This document shows positions 46,806 to 55,890 of a stretch of DNA of 64,000 nucleotides, piece by piece; within the stretch, counting starts at the first letter, position 1, and each line of letters begins with the position of its first letter. Made by a program: the position numbers and the translations under genes. Below the pieces are notes generated by a model. That model was not told the origin of the DNA and did no database searches. It was given only the letters and a program-made list of their open reading frames with translations. Source of the stretch: a virus; IMG/VR virus record IMGVR_UViG_3300027905_000001, positions 15,362-79,361 of that record; one strand, written 5' to 3'.

Positions 46806-47060
46806 CTAAAATACACACTCGCACGGAAGTTCATCAAAAAAGCTCAATTGCTTACCATGCGTCTTGGCTAACTTCCAAAACTGAGCCGATGCAATATGCT
46901 CTGTCGCGGGAACATCATTACGCTTCATTTCTTCAAACATTGGTTCCATTTCATCGAGATACATATCCGACTTTATGGAGTGACCTATTTCATTTTCTGC
47001 CTCTTTTGCCTTTAACCATATGTCGGGTCGCGTCATATAAACGATGTACCAATGTTGCAT
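46806..47060 (-). CDS. Hypothetical protein
   Basis: Track ORF. Confidence 0.35.
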   Translation of the reverse strand: MQHWYIVYMTRPDIWLKAKEAENEIGHSIKSDMYLDEMEPMFEEMKRNDVPATEHIASAQFWKLAKTHGKQLSFFDELPCECVF

Positions 47061-47085
47061 CCCCGCCTTTAAACACCCAATGCAA

Positions 47086-47630
47086 TTAGCGTGTTTGAAT
47101 GTGCCGTAGGTCCCAGGGGGGAGTTATTCCTATTTCTTTTGTGCTTTTTATTGTGTGATCCCAAAGAATAAGAGGGTAGTCCGTCTTGTATCCCCTTATG
47201 CCTAATATTGACGAACGTCTTTGCGCTCTGCCTTTTTCCTTCTCCGACTTGTCGAATCCGTAGTATATGGTAACTTCTTCGCAAATTCCGTCTTTGACAG
47301 GGAAATTTTCCTTGAGGTATTTATCGAAGGGAACCGTTTTTATTCTGTTTGTGCAAAGTATTTGTCCTGCTCCAAACTTGAACCCTCCTACTTCTCGGCA
47401 TACATCGAATTGGTCTTTTACTTCCCATCCGTCCATATTTGCGTAGGTAATCGGAACGCCTATATAATTTGCTACATCACCCTTGAACCGTTTTATATCC
47501 GCATCCTCTACCCTTTTATTAATATCGTGATTAAGGAGGATTAAATCTTTAGTTCCGTATTTCCTAGCTACTTCTATTGCTGTTTTTGCCGAACTATGTC
47601 CTCCAGAGTAACAAATCAAGCGTTTTATAA
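47086..47630 (-). CDS. PP-loop ATP-pyrophosphatase-like protein (PAPS-reductase/QueC-like superfamily, putative)
   Basis: SGGHSS P-loop-like motif in LICYSGGHSSAKTA; start uncertain (track 47697 overlaps upstream HTH ORF). Confidence 0.35.
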
Positions 47631-47635
47631 TTATT

Positions 47636-47815
47636 TTACCTCCCCTTCTCGATCCATTCAAGGACCGAATTTCTCTCAATTCTCCAATCTCTGGCAATCT
47701 TAAACGCCCTTAGTCCTCCACTTTTAATTGCCCTCTTGACCGTTTGTTCGCTCACTTTTAAAAATGTTGCAAGTTCTTTAGGGGTTGTGATTTCTGGTAA
47801 ATTATCAAGTACCAA
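47636..47815 (-). CDS. Excisionase-family HTH DNA-binding protein (59 aa)
   Basis: TTG after GGAGG; TPKELATFLKVSEQTVKRAIKSGGLRAFKIARDWRIERNSVLEWI; not in track. Confidence 0.45.
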   Translation of the reverse strand: MVLDNLPEITTPKELATFLKVSEQTVKRAIKSGGLRAFKIARDWRIERNSVLEWIEKGR

Positions 47816-48051
47816 CTATATCTAACCTCCATTCTATTATATCTAAGTATATCACAAAATAGCATAGTTGTACATGTTAGCAAGGTAAAAAATGGTCAAT
47901 ATTTCTAGATACTTAGCCATTGTTGATAGTGACTTGCTTCGTCGTTCTTGCTTCGTTTATGGTTCGCGTATAGTTGTGATTTAGTAGCTCAACTTCGTCG
48001 TTCCCTTATAATCCGGTAAGAGGGAACGGAAACGTTTAGATAGTTACCCCC

Positions 48052-48597
48052 TTACGCCACGCCTTGTACTCTTAACACTTTCATAATCTCATCCTCAAGG
48101 TTTTCTAGTTTTCCAAATTTGTAATTTATCCTATAGAGCCTTATGTTATTGTCCCTACAATACCTGTTCTTTAGGACATCATGAGCTACCGTATTCCCTC
48201 CCCACTCATCACCCTCTTTATGCTGCGCCCCGTCAATTTCGATTAAAAAGGGCCTTAATTCTCCTTGGATATAGAAATCGAACCTCAATAATTTACCGTT
48301 TAAGCCCTTTAACCCTTTAAATGTTTTTTCTTTCTGGAATATAGCATTATACCTTGTTAATATTTCTATAGCCTTTTCTTCGCCGAATGATTTTCCCGTC
48401 ATGCAATTTCGACAAATAGGGTTTTTGATTAATAGCTTTCTTTTAACAAGCATGGTGTTGTTGCATTTAGGACATAGGCATTCGATCTTGCCATATTTCT
48501 TACCTAGATTTATAAGTCCACTAACTTTTAACTTCTCTTGATTTCGTTCAAAGTTAATTTGATTAGTTATGGCTTTCTGTGCCTTAGATTTACTCAA
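48052..48597 (-). CDS. DUF559/Vsr-like PD-(D/E)xK endonuclease with N-terminal zinc ribbon
   Basis: CLCPKC...CRNC; LRFDFYIQGELRPFLIEIDGAQH; probable TTG 48597 after AAGGAG (track ORF extends to 48765). Confidence 0.5.
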   Translation of the reverse strand: MSKSKAQKAITNQINFERNQEKLKVSGLINLGKKYGKIECLCPKCNNTMLVKRKLLIKNPICRNCMTGKSFGEEKAIEILTRYNAIFQKEKTFKGLKGLNGKLLRFDFYIQGELRPFLIEIDGAQHKEGDEWGGNTVAHDVLKNRYCRDNNIRLYRINYKFGKLENLEDEIMKVLRVQGVA

Positions 48598-49074
48598 CCA
48601 CAAACACTCCTTATATACGTTCTTAAAGAAGATCCGGTAGAGGGGCCGGAGGAAGGACAAAGTTATGCCCCTCATTCGAAGAAAATGGACTGTTTTAGTC
48701 CAAAATCCAAGAATGAGAGAAGCATATTTTAATTTATCCGTGTGTCGGTTCCTCGGATATCTCAAACCTAGTTGATATGTTGCTCTCGCAAATATACGCT
48801 ACTCTACTAACGCGCCCATAGAGTGGAATGTGCGTACACCCCGTCAACACGTCACATGCTGACCGCTATTTTAACCTCCTGTATGCCGTTTAAGGGCCGC
48901 CATCGCCCAACGCAAGGTCATAGACAAAACTAGGAATTATCTCGCTTGCGCCACCAGTTTGGTTATAAGCAGCCGGTAACTGCATATAGTTTATAGTGTG
49001 TTTATACTTCCACTAGACAAACACAAAGCGACAAACCCTTGACGGCCTGTCGCTGAAAATTCCTTAATTTACAC

Positions 49075-49103
49075 TTGTCCTAAGTTGCCTTAGAATGTAT
49101 AAT
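49075..49103 (+). promoter_or_regulatory. Sigma-A-type promoter (TTGTCC-17-TGTATAAT)
   Basis: Extended -10; no downstream ORF. Confidence 0.45.
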
Positions 49104-49183
49104 AGTATTAAGTGTTTTTCCTGCTGATTCAGGTAAACGCCAGAAGTCCTCAACTTGTCCAAGAGTTGGGGGCTTTGTTTATG
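49104..49183 (+). ncRNA. Candidate small RNA (promoter to terminator, ~80 nt, no ORF with RBS)
   Basis: Promoter at 49075-49103; terminator hairpin cctcaact/agttgggg (49148-49171) plus U-tract. Confidence 0.3.
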
Positions 49184-49251
49184 TAATTACCTATAGTATA
49201 TCAGGTAATTTATGGCTTGTACAGAGTTTCTTTCATATAAGAGTAAATAAA

Positions 49252-49292
49252 AAAGCCGCCCTCTCCAATTAAGGAAAGAACGGGCTTTTATT
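49252..49292 (-). terminator. Terminator-like hairpin after holin gene
   Basis: aaaagccc...gggcggctttttt then T-run on minus strand. Confidence 0.4.
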
Positions 49293-49299
49293 ATGTCAA

Positions 49300-49812
49300 T
49301 TATGCAGTTTGTTCTTCCTTCTCTTCGACAACAGGAGTAACCACAACAGGCTTAACAACAGGAGCCCATTGTATCTTACTCAACTCCTGCTGTACAACAC
49401 TAACAATACCGAGTGCATCAGGAGCAATCTTCTGTACTGCAGCCGTAATCATGGCGTTAATTTTTTCCTCAGTATAAGGTGTAGCGGTCCCAACTAACTG
49501 TGCAAGTTCATCTTTAGCTTTTTTGTACGCACTCTCGATAAGTGTTTCCCATTGCGAATCTGTAAGGCTAATTCCTGCTTTTTTAGCAAGTTCCTTGACC
49601 GATGCAAGTGCAGCAACATATTTTCCTGAGCCCAGTGTTACACCGTGCTTTTCTGCGTATTGAGCGGCGAAGTTGACCGCTTCTGTTGCGAGTTCTCCTG
49701 CTGTGGCGAGTTGTTTGGATGAGATGTGTAGCTTGCCGATGATGGCGACGATTACGGCTACGGCGAGACTTGCGGCGATGTTTACACCTTGAGTTATTGT
49801 TGTCATATCCAT
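49300..49812 (-). CDS. Holin, LL-H-like family
   Basis: N-terminal TM (NIAASLAVAVIVAIIG), then amphipathic region resembling LL-H-type holins; ATG 49812 after AAGGGGGA. Confidence 0.55.
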   Translation of the reverse strand: MDMTTITQGVNIAASLAVAVIVAIIGKLHISSKQLATAGELATEAVNFAAQYAEKHGVTLGSGKYVAALASVKELAKKAGISLTDSQWETLIESAYKKAKDELAQLVGTATPYTEEKINAMITAAVQKIAPDALGIVSVVQQELSKIQWAPVVKPVVVTPVVEEKEEQTA

Positions 49813-49897
49813 ATTAAAGATATCCCCCTTTTGTTTTAATAAGAGTTGGTGTGATGGGTTGTTATTAAAGCGACTAGGTATTATGCACAAAGGCTAT

Positions 49898-50107
49898 TTA
49901 TTCGCGCCGAGCTATGCTCGCATTTCCCCACATAACTGCTTCTTCAATAGCGGTTATGGCTAAGGATTGTTCTCTTGAGGGTGGGCATAACGTTAAAATT
50001 ATCTCAGCAAATGCTTTGCCCATGCCCCTAATTTCCTCGAACCTTTGTGCTTGCCCATCTTTCGGGTCATGATAAGTAAAACGGTTTTCCAATTCATTCT
50101 CATCCAT
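49898..50107 (-). CDS. Conserved small phage protein, unknown function
   Basis: RFTYHDP...SREQSLAITAIEEAVMWGNASIA; family not identified. Confidence 0.45.
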   Translation of the reverse strand: MDENELENRFTYHDPKDGQAQRFEEIRGMGKAFAEIILTLCPPSREQSLAITAIEEAVMWGNASIARRE

Positions 50108-50209
50108 GATAATTCCTCCTTAAATTTAATTTCGGCAAATATAAAAGCAGGCCATTACGACCTGCTTTGTTTTTATAAATCCCAATATGCCGGGATTGGG
50201 AAAGGTTGC

Positions 50210-50680
50210 TTATTCGATTATGGTCCAGTCTTCGACGAGCATATCGGTTTGTGACGCTAACCAGCCCATAAGAATTTTATTATCTGCCGTTTTCATGATG
50301 ATGTATGGCAAAACGTCCGCGCTCCCGCCATTTTCCTCAGCGAATTTCCGACTGTGTTTATTCCAGAATCCTTCAGCTTTCAAGCTGTTGGCTTCGGGGT
50401 GAGAAATTGCAATCCACATTGCTTTACCGTTCCAACCCTGACGAGCAACCTTAAAACCCTTTTTCATGGCTTCAATCGCCAATCCAAACGTCATACCATC
50501 AGTTTGGCGGTAGGCCGCCTCGAACACATCTTTAGGCGACCAACTTACATAATCATCCTCGCAAATAACCTTGTAGCCGTCTTGGCATTCTCCAGAATAA
50601 ACCAGGGGTCTTACTTGCTCGTTATACTCCGCAACAGTCATTGGTTCGGCATGAATAATTTTTACTCCAATATATTGCAT
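50210..50680 (-). CDS. DUF2829-like protein (Tad2-like candidate)
   Basis: MTFGLAIEAMKKGFKVARQGWNGKAMWI ... WLASQTDMLVEDWTII; internal ATG would give ~94 aa. Confidence 0.45.
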   Translation of the reverse strand: MQYIGVKIIHAEPMTVAEYNEQVRPLVYSGECQDGYKVICEDDYVSWSPKDVFEAAYRQTDGMTFGLAIEAMKKGFKVARQGWNGKAMWIAISHPEANSLKAEGFWNKHSRKFAEENGGSADVLPYIIMKTADNKILMGWLASQTDMLVEDWTIIE

Positions 50681-50867
50681 TTGCTTTTCCTTCTTTCAGT
50701 TTTTCATTTCGACAAATGCATACCTAATTATAGCCCCATCGACCATTTCACTAATCTAAAAATCCCATAGCAGGTTGCCCCGCCCCCAATCATCCCAAGA
50801 GCAATAACAACCTTGATGAGAGTATCAATTATTTTGGCATCTTTATCGGTTATCCCCCACATACTCA

Positions 50868-51671
50868 TTACCCCACCACTCCCAACACAGCTTTCATCGT
50901 TGCCCACCGATCAGCACCAGCCAGCAACGCAACCCCACTGGGTGCACTAGAACCCCCAACCTGATACTTAGTTGTCGCCATAGCTAACAATGCAGGAGTC
51001 GCAAAACTAGCCTGTACAATCGGGCAATTAAGCTTCAATGCCAAGTCTGCCGCAATCGGTAAATCTGCGTCTCCATAATAAAGCACTAAGTAATTCATAC
51101 TTCCTCCAATCTCCGGCCAACAGCCAGAACCGTAATTAATTTCGTTTAGGTCAACACTGATACCCGCTATTTGAGTATCGTTTTGATACTGATAAATGTC
51201 ATTGCCCTCGTGTATCTCACCGCCTGACCACGCATATGTCTGCCAATAGCGGTCAACGTCAAGGGCTTGCATGACCGCGTAAGAGCCGTAAACTCCTAAG
51301 AGGTATTTGCTCCCTAATCCATCGCCCACGCCCTGGAAATAGTCCACTATGGCTCCCATATCAGTAGATTGTGCGTCGAAGTCAACCGTGAAATATATCG
51401 CTATGCCGTTTGGTGCTCTGAGGTTGACGGCAGCTGTTATGGCTTGTGCTGCGTCTGATATGCCTTGATTGTAGGTGAAATAGGATGCGGTTGTGGGATT
51501 TGTTTCAAAGATGAGGAATACGGATAAGCTTGCATTGTGGATGGCTGTGAGTTCGGTTGGAGTTAATGCGTAATCGCCAGTGAGGTAGCGGCCTACGGCC
51601 ACTACTCCATCAGCTTTTAGGACTGTTACTATTGCCGCGGTTAAAGTTGCTGCACAATCTATCGCTTCCAT
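50868..51671 (-). CDS. Endolysin candidate: glycoside-hydrolase-like (DUF1906-type) domain plus cell-wall-binding-like C-terminus
   Basis: GVVAVGRYL, YFTVDFDAQ blocks; C-terminal LLAGADRWATMKAV resembles CWB2 repeats. Confidence 0.5.
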   Translation of the reverse strand: MEAIDCAATLTAAIVTVLKADGVVAVGRYLTGDYALTPTELTAIHNASLSVFLIFETNPTTASYFTYNQGISDAAQAITAAVNLRAPNGIAIYFTVDFDAQSTDMGAIVDYFQGVGDGLGSKYLLGVYGSYAVMQALDVDRYWQTYAWSGGEIHEGNDIYQYQNDTQIAGISVDLNEINYGSGCWPEIGGSMNYLVLYYGDADLPIAADLALKLNCPIVQASFATPALLAMATTKYQVGGSSAPSGVALLAGADRWATMKAVLGVVG

Positions 51672-52648
51672 TACTTTTGCCCCGTCTCGACCTTATAACC
51701 TTCGTTTTCAAGATTAGTTACCACAAAATCAGCTTGATCCTTCGTGATCCCGTTCACTTCGACGTAAAATGTAACCCCAGTTGCTTCCTCGGGCCCTTCC
51801 TCCACTCCCATTGTCGCCAATCCAGCCGCAACGCTGTCTGCTTGTGCTTTTGTTAAGCCTGTTACACGGACAAAGTAATCCACTAGTGCGGGTGCAGGAG
51901 TTACACTTGTCAGCGCTGCGAGATCAGCCTGCAGTTGTGTGAGATTAAAACCTTCGAGCGACAGGCCCTGACCGTTCAGCATTTCCGTCGAAAGTTGAGC
52001 CCAAGCCTCATCGCAATAAGTCTCGAAAAACTCCTTGGACATTTTTTGTACTGCACCCCACGTTATAACGCTTATCCAAGTTCCATCCCAGCCGTCAAAC
52101 TCTACGTCATGACCGCCTTCGATCGTCGCACCCGGAACGACTGTCCATGGTTGTCCAGCGCTAAACTGGTCCTGCGCTGTGGATGGCACTTGTATGCCCA
52201 GTTTTACATCTGACAGCAAGAAAGCCGCTTCGAGAATTTCATTGAAATTAGTTTGGTCTAAGGCGAGATAAGCGCCGATCTTATGGCGTATGCCGTTCGC
52301 GTCGATCATACCCGTTGTCCGCATGTATTCGAGCGCTGTCCTAATATCGGTGCCCTGGTCAGAGTTTGGATCATTCGGGTTATATCCCGTGATGGCCGAA
52401 TAGTCAGCAATTGCGTTGGCATCGGTAAATTGTGCTTGCTTACTTCCTTCTGCTGTCCAAAGCTCTACGGCATGGTCGCTACCTGCGATAACACAATCTC
52501 CAAGGGTGTCATTCGCCAACATGCCGTAATTACTTACGAGTGCTTGATGTCCGAATGTTGCAGGGATAGGTGGTAAGGCAGTACCTCTGTAATTTTTATA
52601 GAGCAGGTCTTTGTGACTTGGTTTAAATGGTTTTTTACCTAGTTTCAT
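51671..52648 (-). CDS. Lysis-cassette protein with possible Cys/His peptidase motif and two C-terminal repeats
   Basis: GDCVIAGSDHAVE; repeats VTGLTKAQADSVAAGL / VNGITKDQADFVVTNL. Confidence 0.35.
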   Translation of the reverse strand: MKLGKKPFKPSHKDLLYKNYRGTALPPIPATFGHQALVSNYGMLANDTLGDCVIAGSDHAVELWTAEGSKQAQFTDANAIADYSAITGYNPNDPNSDQGTDIRTALEYMRTTGMIDANGIRHKIGAYLALDQTNFNEILEAAFLLSDVKLGIQVPSTAQDQFSAGQPWTVVPGATIEGGHDVEFDGWDGTWISVITWGAVQKMSKEFFETYCDEAWAQLSTEMLNGQGLSLEGFNLTQLQADLAALTSVTPAPALVDYFVRVTGLTKAQADSVAAGLATMGVEEGPEEATGVTFYVEVNGITKDQADFVVTNLENEGYKVETGQK

Positions 52649-53031
52649 TTTGATACACCATCCTTTAAACTTTTAAGCATCTCCGTTTGCAGGTCTAATG
52701 TATGGGCAATATGCGTCAACGCTTTATGGTCCACATCTGCCTTAGCATCCTGACGGGCCTGAGCTTTGTTCTGGCTTCTCTGTAATGCTGGAAGCGCCCA
52801 CCACTGTATCCAGTTTGACGAGATTACAGCGAGCAGTACCTTCGTCCAGTCGGGCAGGGGCAGGACCATCAACGGCAGGATAAATGCTAAGTTAAACATT
52901 ATCCGACTAGCCAAGATGTGATCTGTAAGCCAGTCGATTAGATGGTCATTCAAGCGAGCGATCTTCTTTTCGCATTGCTTGGCTTCATTGATTAATTCAT
53001 TGGGGTGTGTCACCGCATGGTGCTGATTCAA
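52645..53031 (-). CDS. Membrane protein (holin-like candidate)
   Basis: Hydrophobic core IMFNLAFILPLMVLPLPDWTKVLLAVI. Confidence 0.35.
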   Translation of the reverse strand: MNQHHAVTHPNELINEAKQCEKKIARLNDHLIDWLTDHILASRIMFNLAFILPLMVLPLPDWTKVLLAVISSNWIQWWALPALQRSQNKAQARQDAKADVDHKALTHIAHTLDLQTEMLKSLKDGVSK

Positions 53032-53527
53032 TATCTTTTAACACCTTCTCTGCTGTTTCTCCACATTCTGGTACTGGATTTTCGTTATCCTTTGCCAATT
53101 TCTGCATAATCCAAGACGGAAACGTCATGTCATGGATGCCTGTTCCACTACCACCATCCTCATGATCTACGCCAGTGTGATGGCTCTGGCAGAGACAAAC
53201 GAGGCACCTAACATCATCCACGGTGGTTAGTGGTTGATTCTTCAGGAGCCTCCCGTAGCCATAAATGTCCCACTCTTCGACGAATGTTTTCAGCTTGTCA
53301 AAATTTATAATGCTGGAAAACATCCATTCTGCCTGATGATGAGACTGAAGATCCTCGGTTGTGCCGCAAATATAGCAAAAGTAATGCCCATCCTCTTTCA
53401 GACGGGCTTTTGACTTGCGAAATTCTGCGCTCTCAGTGCGTTCGATTGTGTTGGGGTCAATGATAACCTCGTGTAGCGTTCGTTTCATTTCGTGTGCAAT
53501 CATTGCCCATTCCCCTTCTCGTTGCAC
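52997..53527 (-). CDS. Zinc-binding HNH-like protein (putative)
   Basis: CYICG...SHH and CLVCLCQSHHTGVDHEDGG. Confidence 0.3.
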   Translation of the reverse strand: MQREGEWAMIAHEMKRTLHEVIIDPNTIERTESAEFRKSKARLKEDGHYFCYICGTTEDLQSHHQAEWMFSSIINFDKLKTFVEEWDIYGYGRLLKNQPLTTVDDVRCLVCLCQSHHTGVDHEDGGSGTGIHDMTFPSWIMQKLAKDNENPVPECGETAEKVLKDIESAPCGDTPQ

Positions 53528-53823
53528 AACTGATTCAGCCGCAAATGAGCCGACTTGGTAGATTCATCGATTCGCGCAATTGCTACGGCATGATCAGAGA
53601 GTTGGGTGGAATGACCTTCCAGCTTGCGGTTTGTGTCCCGCTGTTCGAGGAGTATGTCGTCTGTGCGTTGCTTGATGTAAGTAATATCAGCCTGTTGCTC
53701 CCCGGTCTTAGCCCCTGCTGAGTATGTGTCTTTTTTTGCGCCCCGAGAATATCCCCAATAGGCAGATATGATGCCACAAATCGACCCTGCGGCTACAATG
53801 TACGAGACGGTTGTTTGATCCAC
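53500..53823 (-). CDS. Membrane-anchored coiled-coil protein
   Basis: N-terminal TM then charged region. Confidence 0.35.
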   Translation of the reverse strand: MDQTTVSYIVAAGSICGIISAYWGYSRGAKKDTYSAGAKTGEQQADITYIKQRTDDILLEQRDTNRKLEGHSTQLSDHAVAIARIDESTKSAHLRLNQLCNEKGNGQ

Positions 53824-53861
53824 TTGATCATCCCCTTTTCACCTCTTTTACTTGCTACCTG

Positions 53862-54341
53862 TTAGAATGATCCGATATAAGTTAAGAGTTTTGACCCCGA
53901 GACATCCTTTGGCGTTGGGTACTTGATCCCCGGGCAGAGATCAATGTCAGTATCGCTGTAGATACCGGCCCATAAGTTCGAGCAAATCCTCAAGTTCGGC
54001 GGTTCGCGATACGGCACAATCACGCCAAACGTGTATCTCATAAACTCGATAAAATCTAACCACCAGTCATATCTCTCGCCGACGCTGTATGTGGCTAATT
54101 CGAGTATTCTCCATCGTTGCTCGCGGGTTAGGTTGTTGTAACGAAACACGTCCGCACAGCCCTTGTACTTGCTCACGCGGGCATAACCCGTACGCCTAAG
54201 ACCTTCGGCTTCTATAAGCTCGCCGTGTCCTACATAGCCCGCCACGTGGCTATAACAGGAGTTTTCGACGCGTTCTATTGCTTCGCTGATTATACCCTTG
54301 CCGCGAACAAGGACGAGATCGCCTATGTGTAAATCTAACAT
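53862..54341 (-). CDS. Permuted papain-fold (NlpC/P60 superfamily, YiiX/C92-like) putative cell-wall peptidase
   Basis: GDLVLV...SCYSHVAGYVG and C-terminal RICSNLWAGIY; ATG 54341 after GGGAGGGAAG. Confidence 0.5.
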   Translation of the reverse strand: MLDLHIGDLVLVRGKGIISEAIERVENSCYSHVAGYVGHGELIEAEGLRRTGYARVSKYKGCADVFRYNNLTREQRWRILELATYSVGERYDWWLDFIEFMRYTFGVIVPYREPPNLRICSNLWAGIYSDTDIDLCPGIKYPTPKDVSGSKLLTYIGSF

Positions 54342-54360
54342 CTTCTTCCCTCCCTTCAGA

Positions 54361-54388
54361 CAATAAAAATAACCCCGTGTTGGGGTTA
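54361..54388 (-). terminator. Rho-independent terminator (minus strand)
   Basis: taacccc/ggggtta stem with U-run. Confidence 0.6.
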
Positions 54389-54412
54389 AGGTGTAAACGA
54401 CCAACGCCAGGG

Positions 54413-54580
54413 TTAATTCCCGGCGTTCTTTTCTTTTTCAATCAAAATATTAACAATCACGCTCACTGTGCGCCTTTGCTTCTCAGCTTTTTCCTGTAAC
54501 CAAGCCAATATTTCTGGTTCAAAGTAAATTGCCTCACGAATTTTCTTATCTGACTTAATTGGCCTCCCTCTCTCAGCCAT
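54413..54580 (-). CDS. Ribbon-helix-helix (CopG-like) small regulator (55 aa)
   Basis: ATG after AAGGAGTG; KKIREAIYFEPEILAWLQEKAEKQRRTVSVIVNILIE; not in track. Confidence 0.45.
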   Translation of the reverse strand: MAERGRPIKSDKKIREAIYFEPEILAWLQEKAEKQRRTVSVIVNILIEKEKNAGN

Positions 54581-54644
54581 ATCGATCACTCCTTAAAGTA
54601 ATTATACAGCATTAAAAATATTTTGCAATACCTTAAATTATCTA

Positions 54645-54673
54645 TTGTAAAGCATTTTGAGGCATGTTATAAT
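54645..54673 (+). promoter_or_regulatory. Sigma-A-type promoter (TTGTAA-17-TGTTATAAT)
   Basis: Downstream motif TATAATAAGTTAAGATC identical to 4836-4852. Confidence 0.55.
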
Positions 54674-54706
54674 AAGTTAAGATCAAAAACAGAGGAGGAA
54701 GCAAAG

Positions 54707-54910
54707 ATGGTAAAGAGCGACAAGGAATTCCATGACCTAATGATTCAGTTTGAGAAAAATGCAAAAGACATAACCTACGGACACATTGTAGAAAGGGACA
54801 ACTCAGGAATAAAGGGCGTTTGGTATACCGATGGGTACATAAACACTTTATTTGACGCATATATGCACGGATACGAATACGCAAAATGCTTGGTTAACCA
54901 ACTCGACTAA
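54707..54910 (+). CDS. Hypothetical small protein (moron module)
   Basis: ATG after GAGGAGGAAG. Confidence 0.45.
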   Translation: MVKSDKEFHDLMIQFEKNAKDITYGHIVERDNSGIKGVWYTDGYINTLFDAYMHGYEYAKCLVNQLD

Positions 54911-54951
54911 AAAGGCCAGCTGGACAAATACCGGCGCAAGGAGTAAACCTC

Positions 54952-55107
54952 ATGAAACAACTAACCTGCACCTGTAGTCATACACCAAAGCAACCCAAGT
55001 GTAATCAAAACTGCACCTGCAATAAATGTGGCAAAGAGTACTACTACTCTAAGCCGCTCGATAAATGGATGTTTGCCCACAGAACGCACAGTGCGAAGGA
55101 GGAATAA
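54952..55107 (+). CDS. Cys-rich small protein (51 aa)
   Basis: CTCSH...CNQNCTCNKCG; not in track. Confidence 0.35.
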   Translation: MKQLTCTCSHTPKQPKCNQNCTCNKCGKEYYYSKPLDKWMFAHRTHSAKEE

Positions 55108-55109
55108 TT

Positions 55110-55298
55110 ATGGATTACGAAAAATTATGGAGCGAACTCAGGGAGCGTTTATTTACTGACGCAGAGAAGGATATCAGCAATGACTTAAAGGTCCATATCT
55201 GTATACACGTTACCGAGATGATGGGCGAAATGGAGCAAGATAAAAAGCACGAATCGTACCGTAGCGAGTTGAACGCACAGGAAAGCACCCGTCCTTAG
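55110..55298 (+). CDS. Hypothetical small protein
   Basis: ATG after GAAGGAGG. Confidence 0.4.
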   Translation: MDYEKLWSELRERLFTDAEKDISNDLKVHICIHVTEMMGEMEQDKKHESYRSELNAQESTRP

Positions 55299-55418
55299 CC
55301 TGGCAGCCGAACGAGTGCTTAAGATAACACCGGAGTGTCGCGGTTATTATACCATGGCGCTCTGGTTTTTGCGTTGTTAATACAGGACTTTACTTATATC
55401 GTGTCTTTAGCGAACCAC

Positions 55419-55871
55419 TTATTGAACCATAACAGCTACCGTAGCAACAAAATTACCGTCAACGGTTGCAATCATCACATCGACCGTACCTATCGCTACA
55501 GCAGATATTAACCCTGAACTCGACACAGTTGCAATAGCTGTATTTGTACTGATATAAATTAACCCTTGATTGGTTGCATTGGTAGGCGTAACAACAGGTG
55601 TAAGTTGTTGTGTCGTGCCATCTGCGATTGTAAATGTTGGAGGGGAAACGCTTACGCCCGTTACTGGCACTGTCGCTACTTCTGCATAATTACCGCTTTG
55701 GTAATCTACGCCTATTTTAAAAACGTCTAAAGCAGTAGGCAGGGTTACGAACACTCCCGAACATTGTAGGTGTATAGTTCCTGTTGGGTCAACGATAGAC
55801 GGTGTAAATGAGATTGAAGTTGTACCATTTTCGTTTGTTACTTTTTGAGTTACGTGTAAATTTACAATCAT
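55419..55871 (-). CDS. Tail-associated protein with bacterial Ig-like (Big_2) domain
   Basis: VTGVSVSPPTFTIADGTTQQLTPVVTPTNATNQ...TVSSSGLISAVAIGTV. Confidence 0.55.
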   Translation of the reverse strand: MIVNLHVTQKVTNENGTTSISFTPSIVDPTGTIHLQCSGVFVTLPTALDVFKIGVDYQSGNYAEVATVPVTGVSVSPPTFTIADGTTQQLTPVVTPTNATNQGLIYISTNTAIATVSSSGLISAVAIGTVDVMIATVDGNFVATVAVMVQ

Positions 55872-55890
55872 TTTTAGTTGCCTCCTAAAT

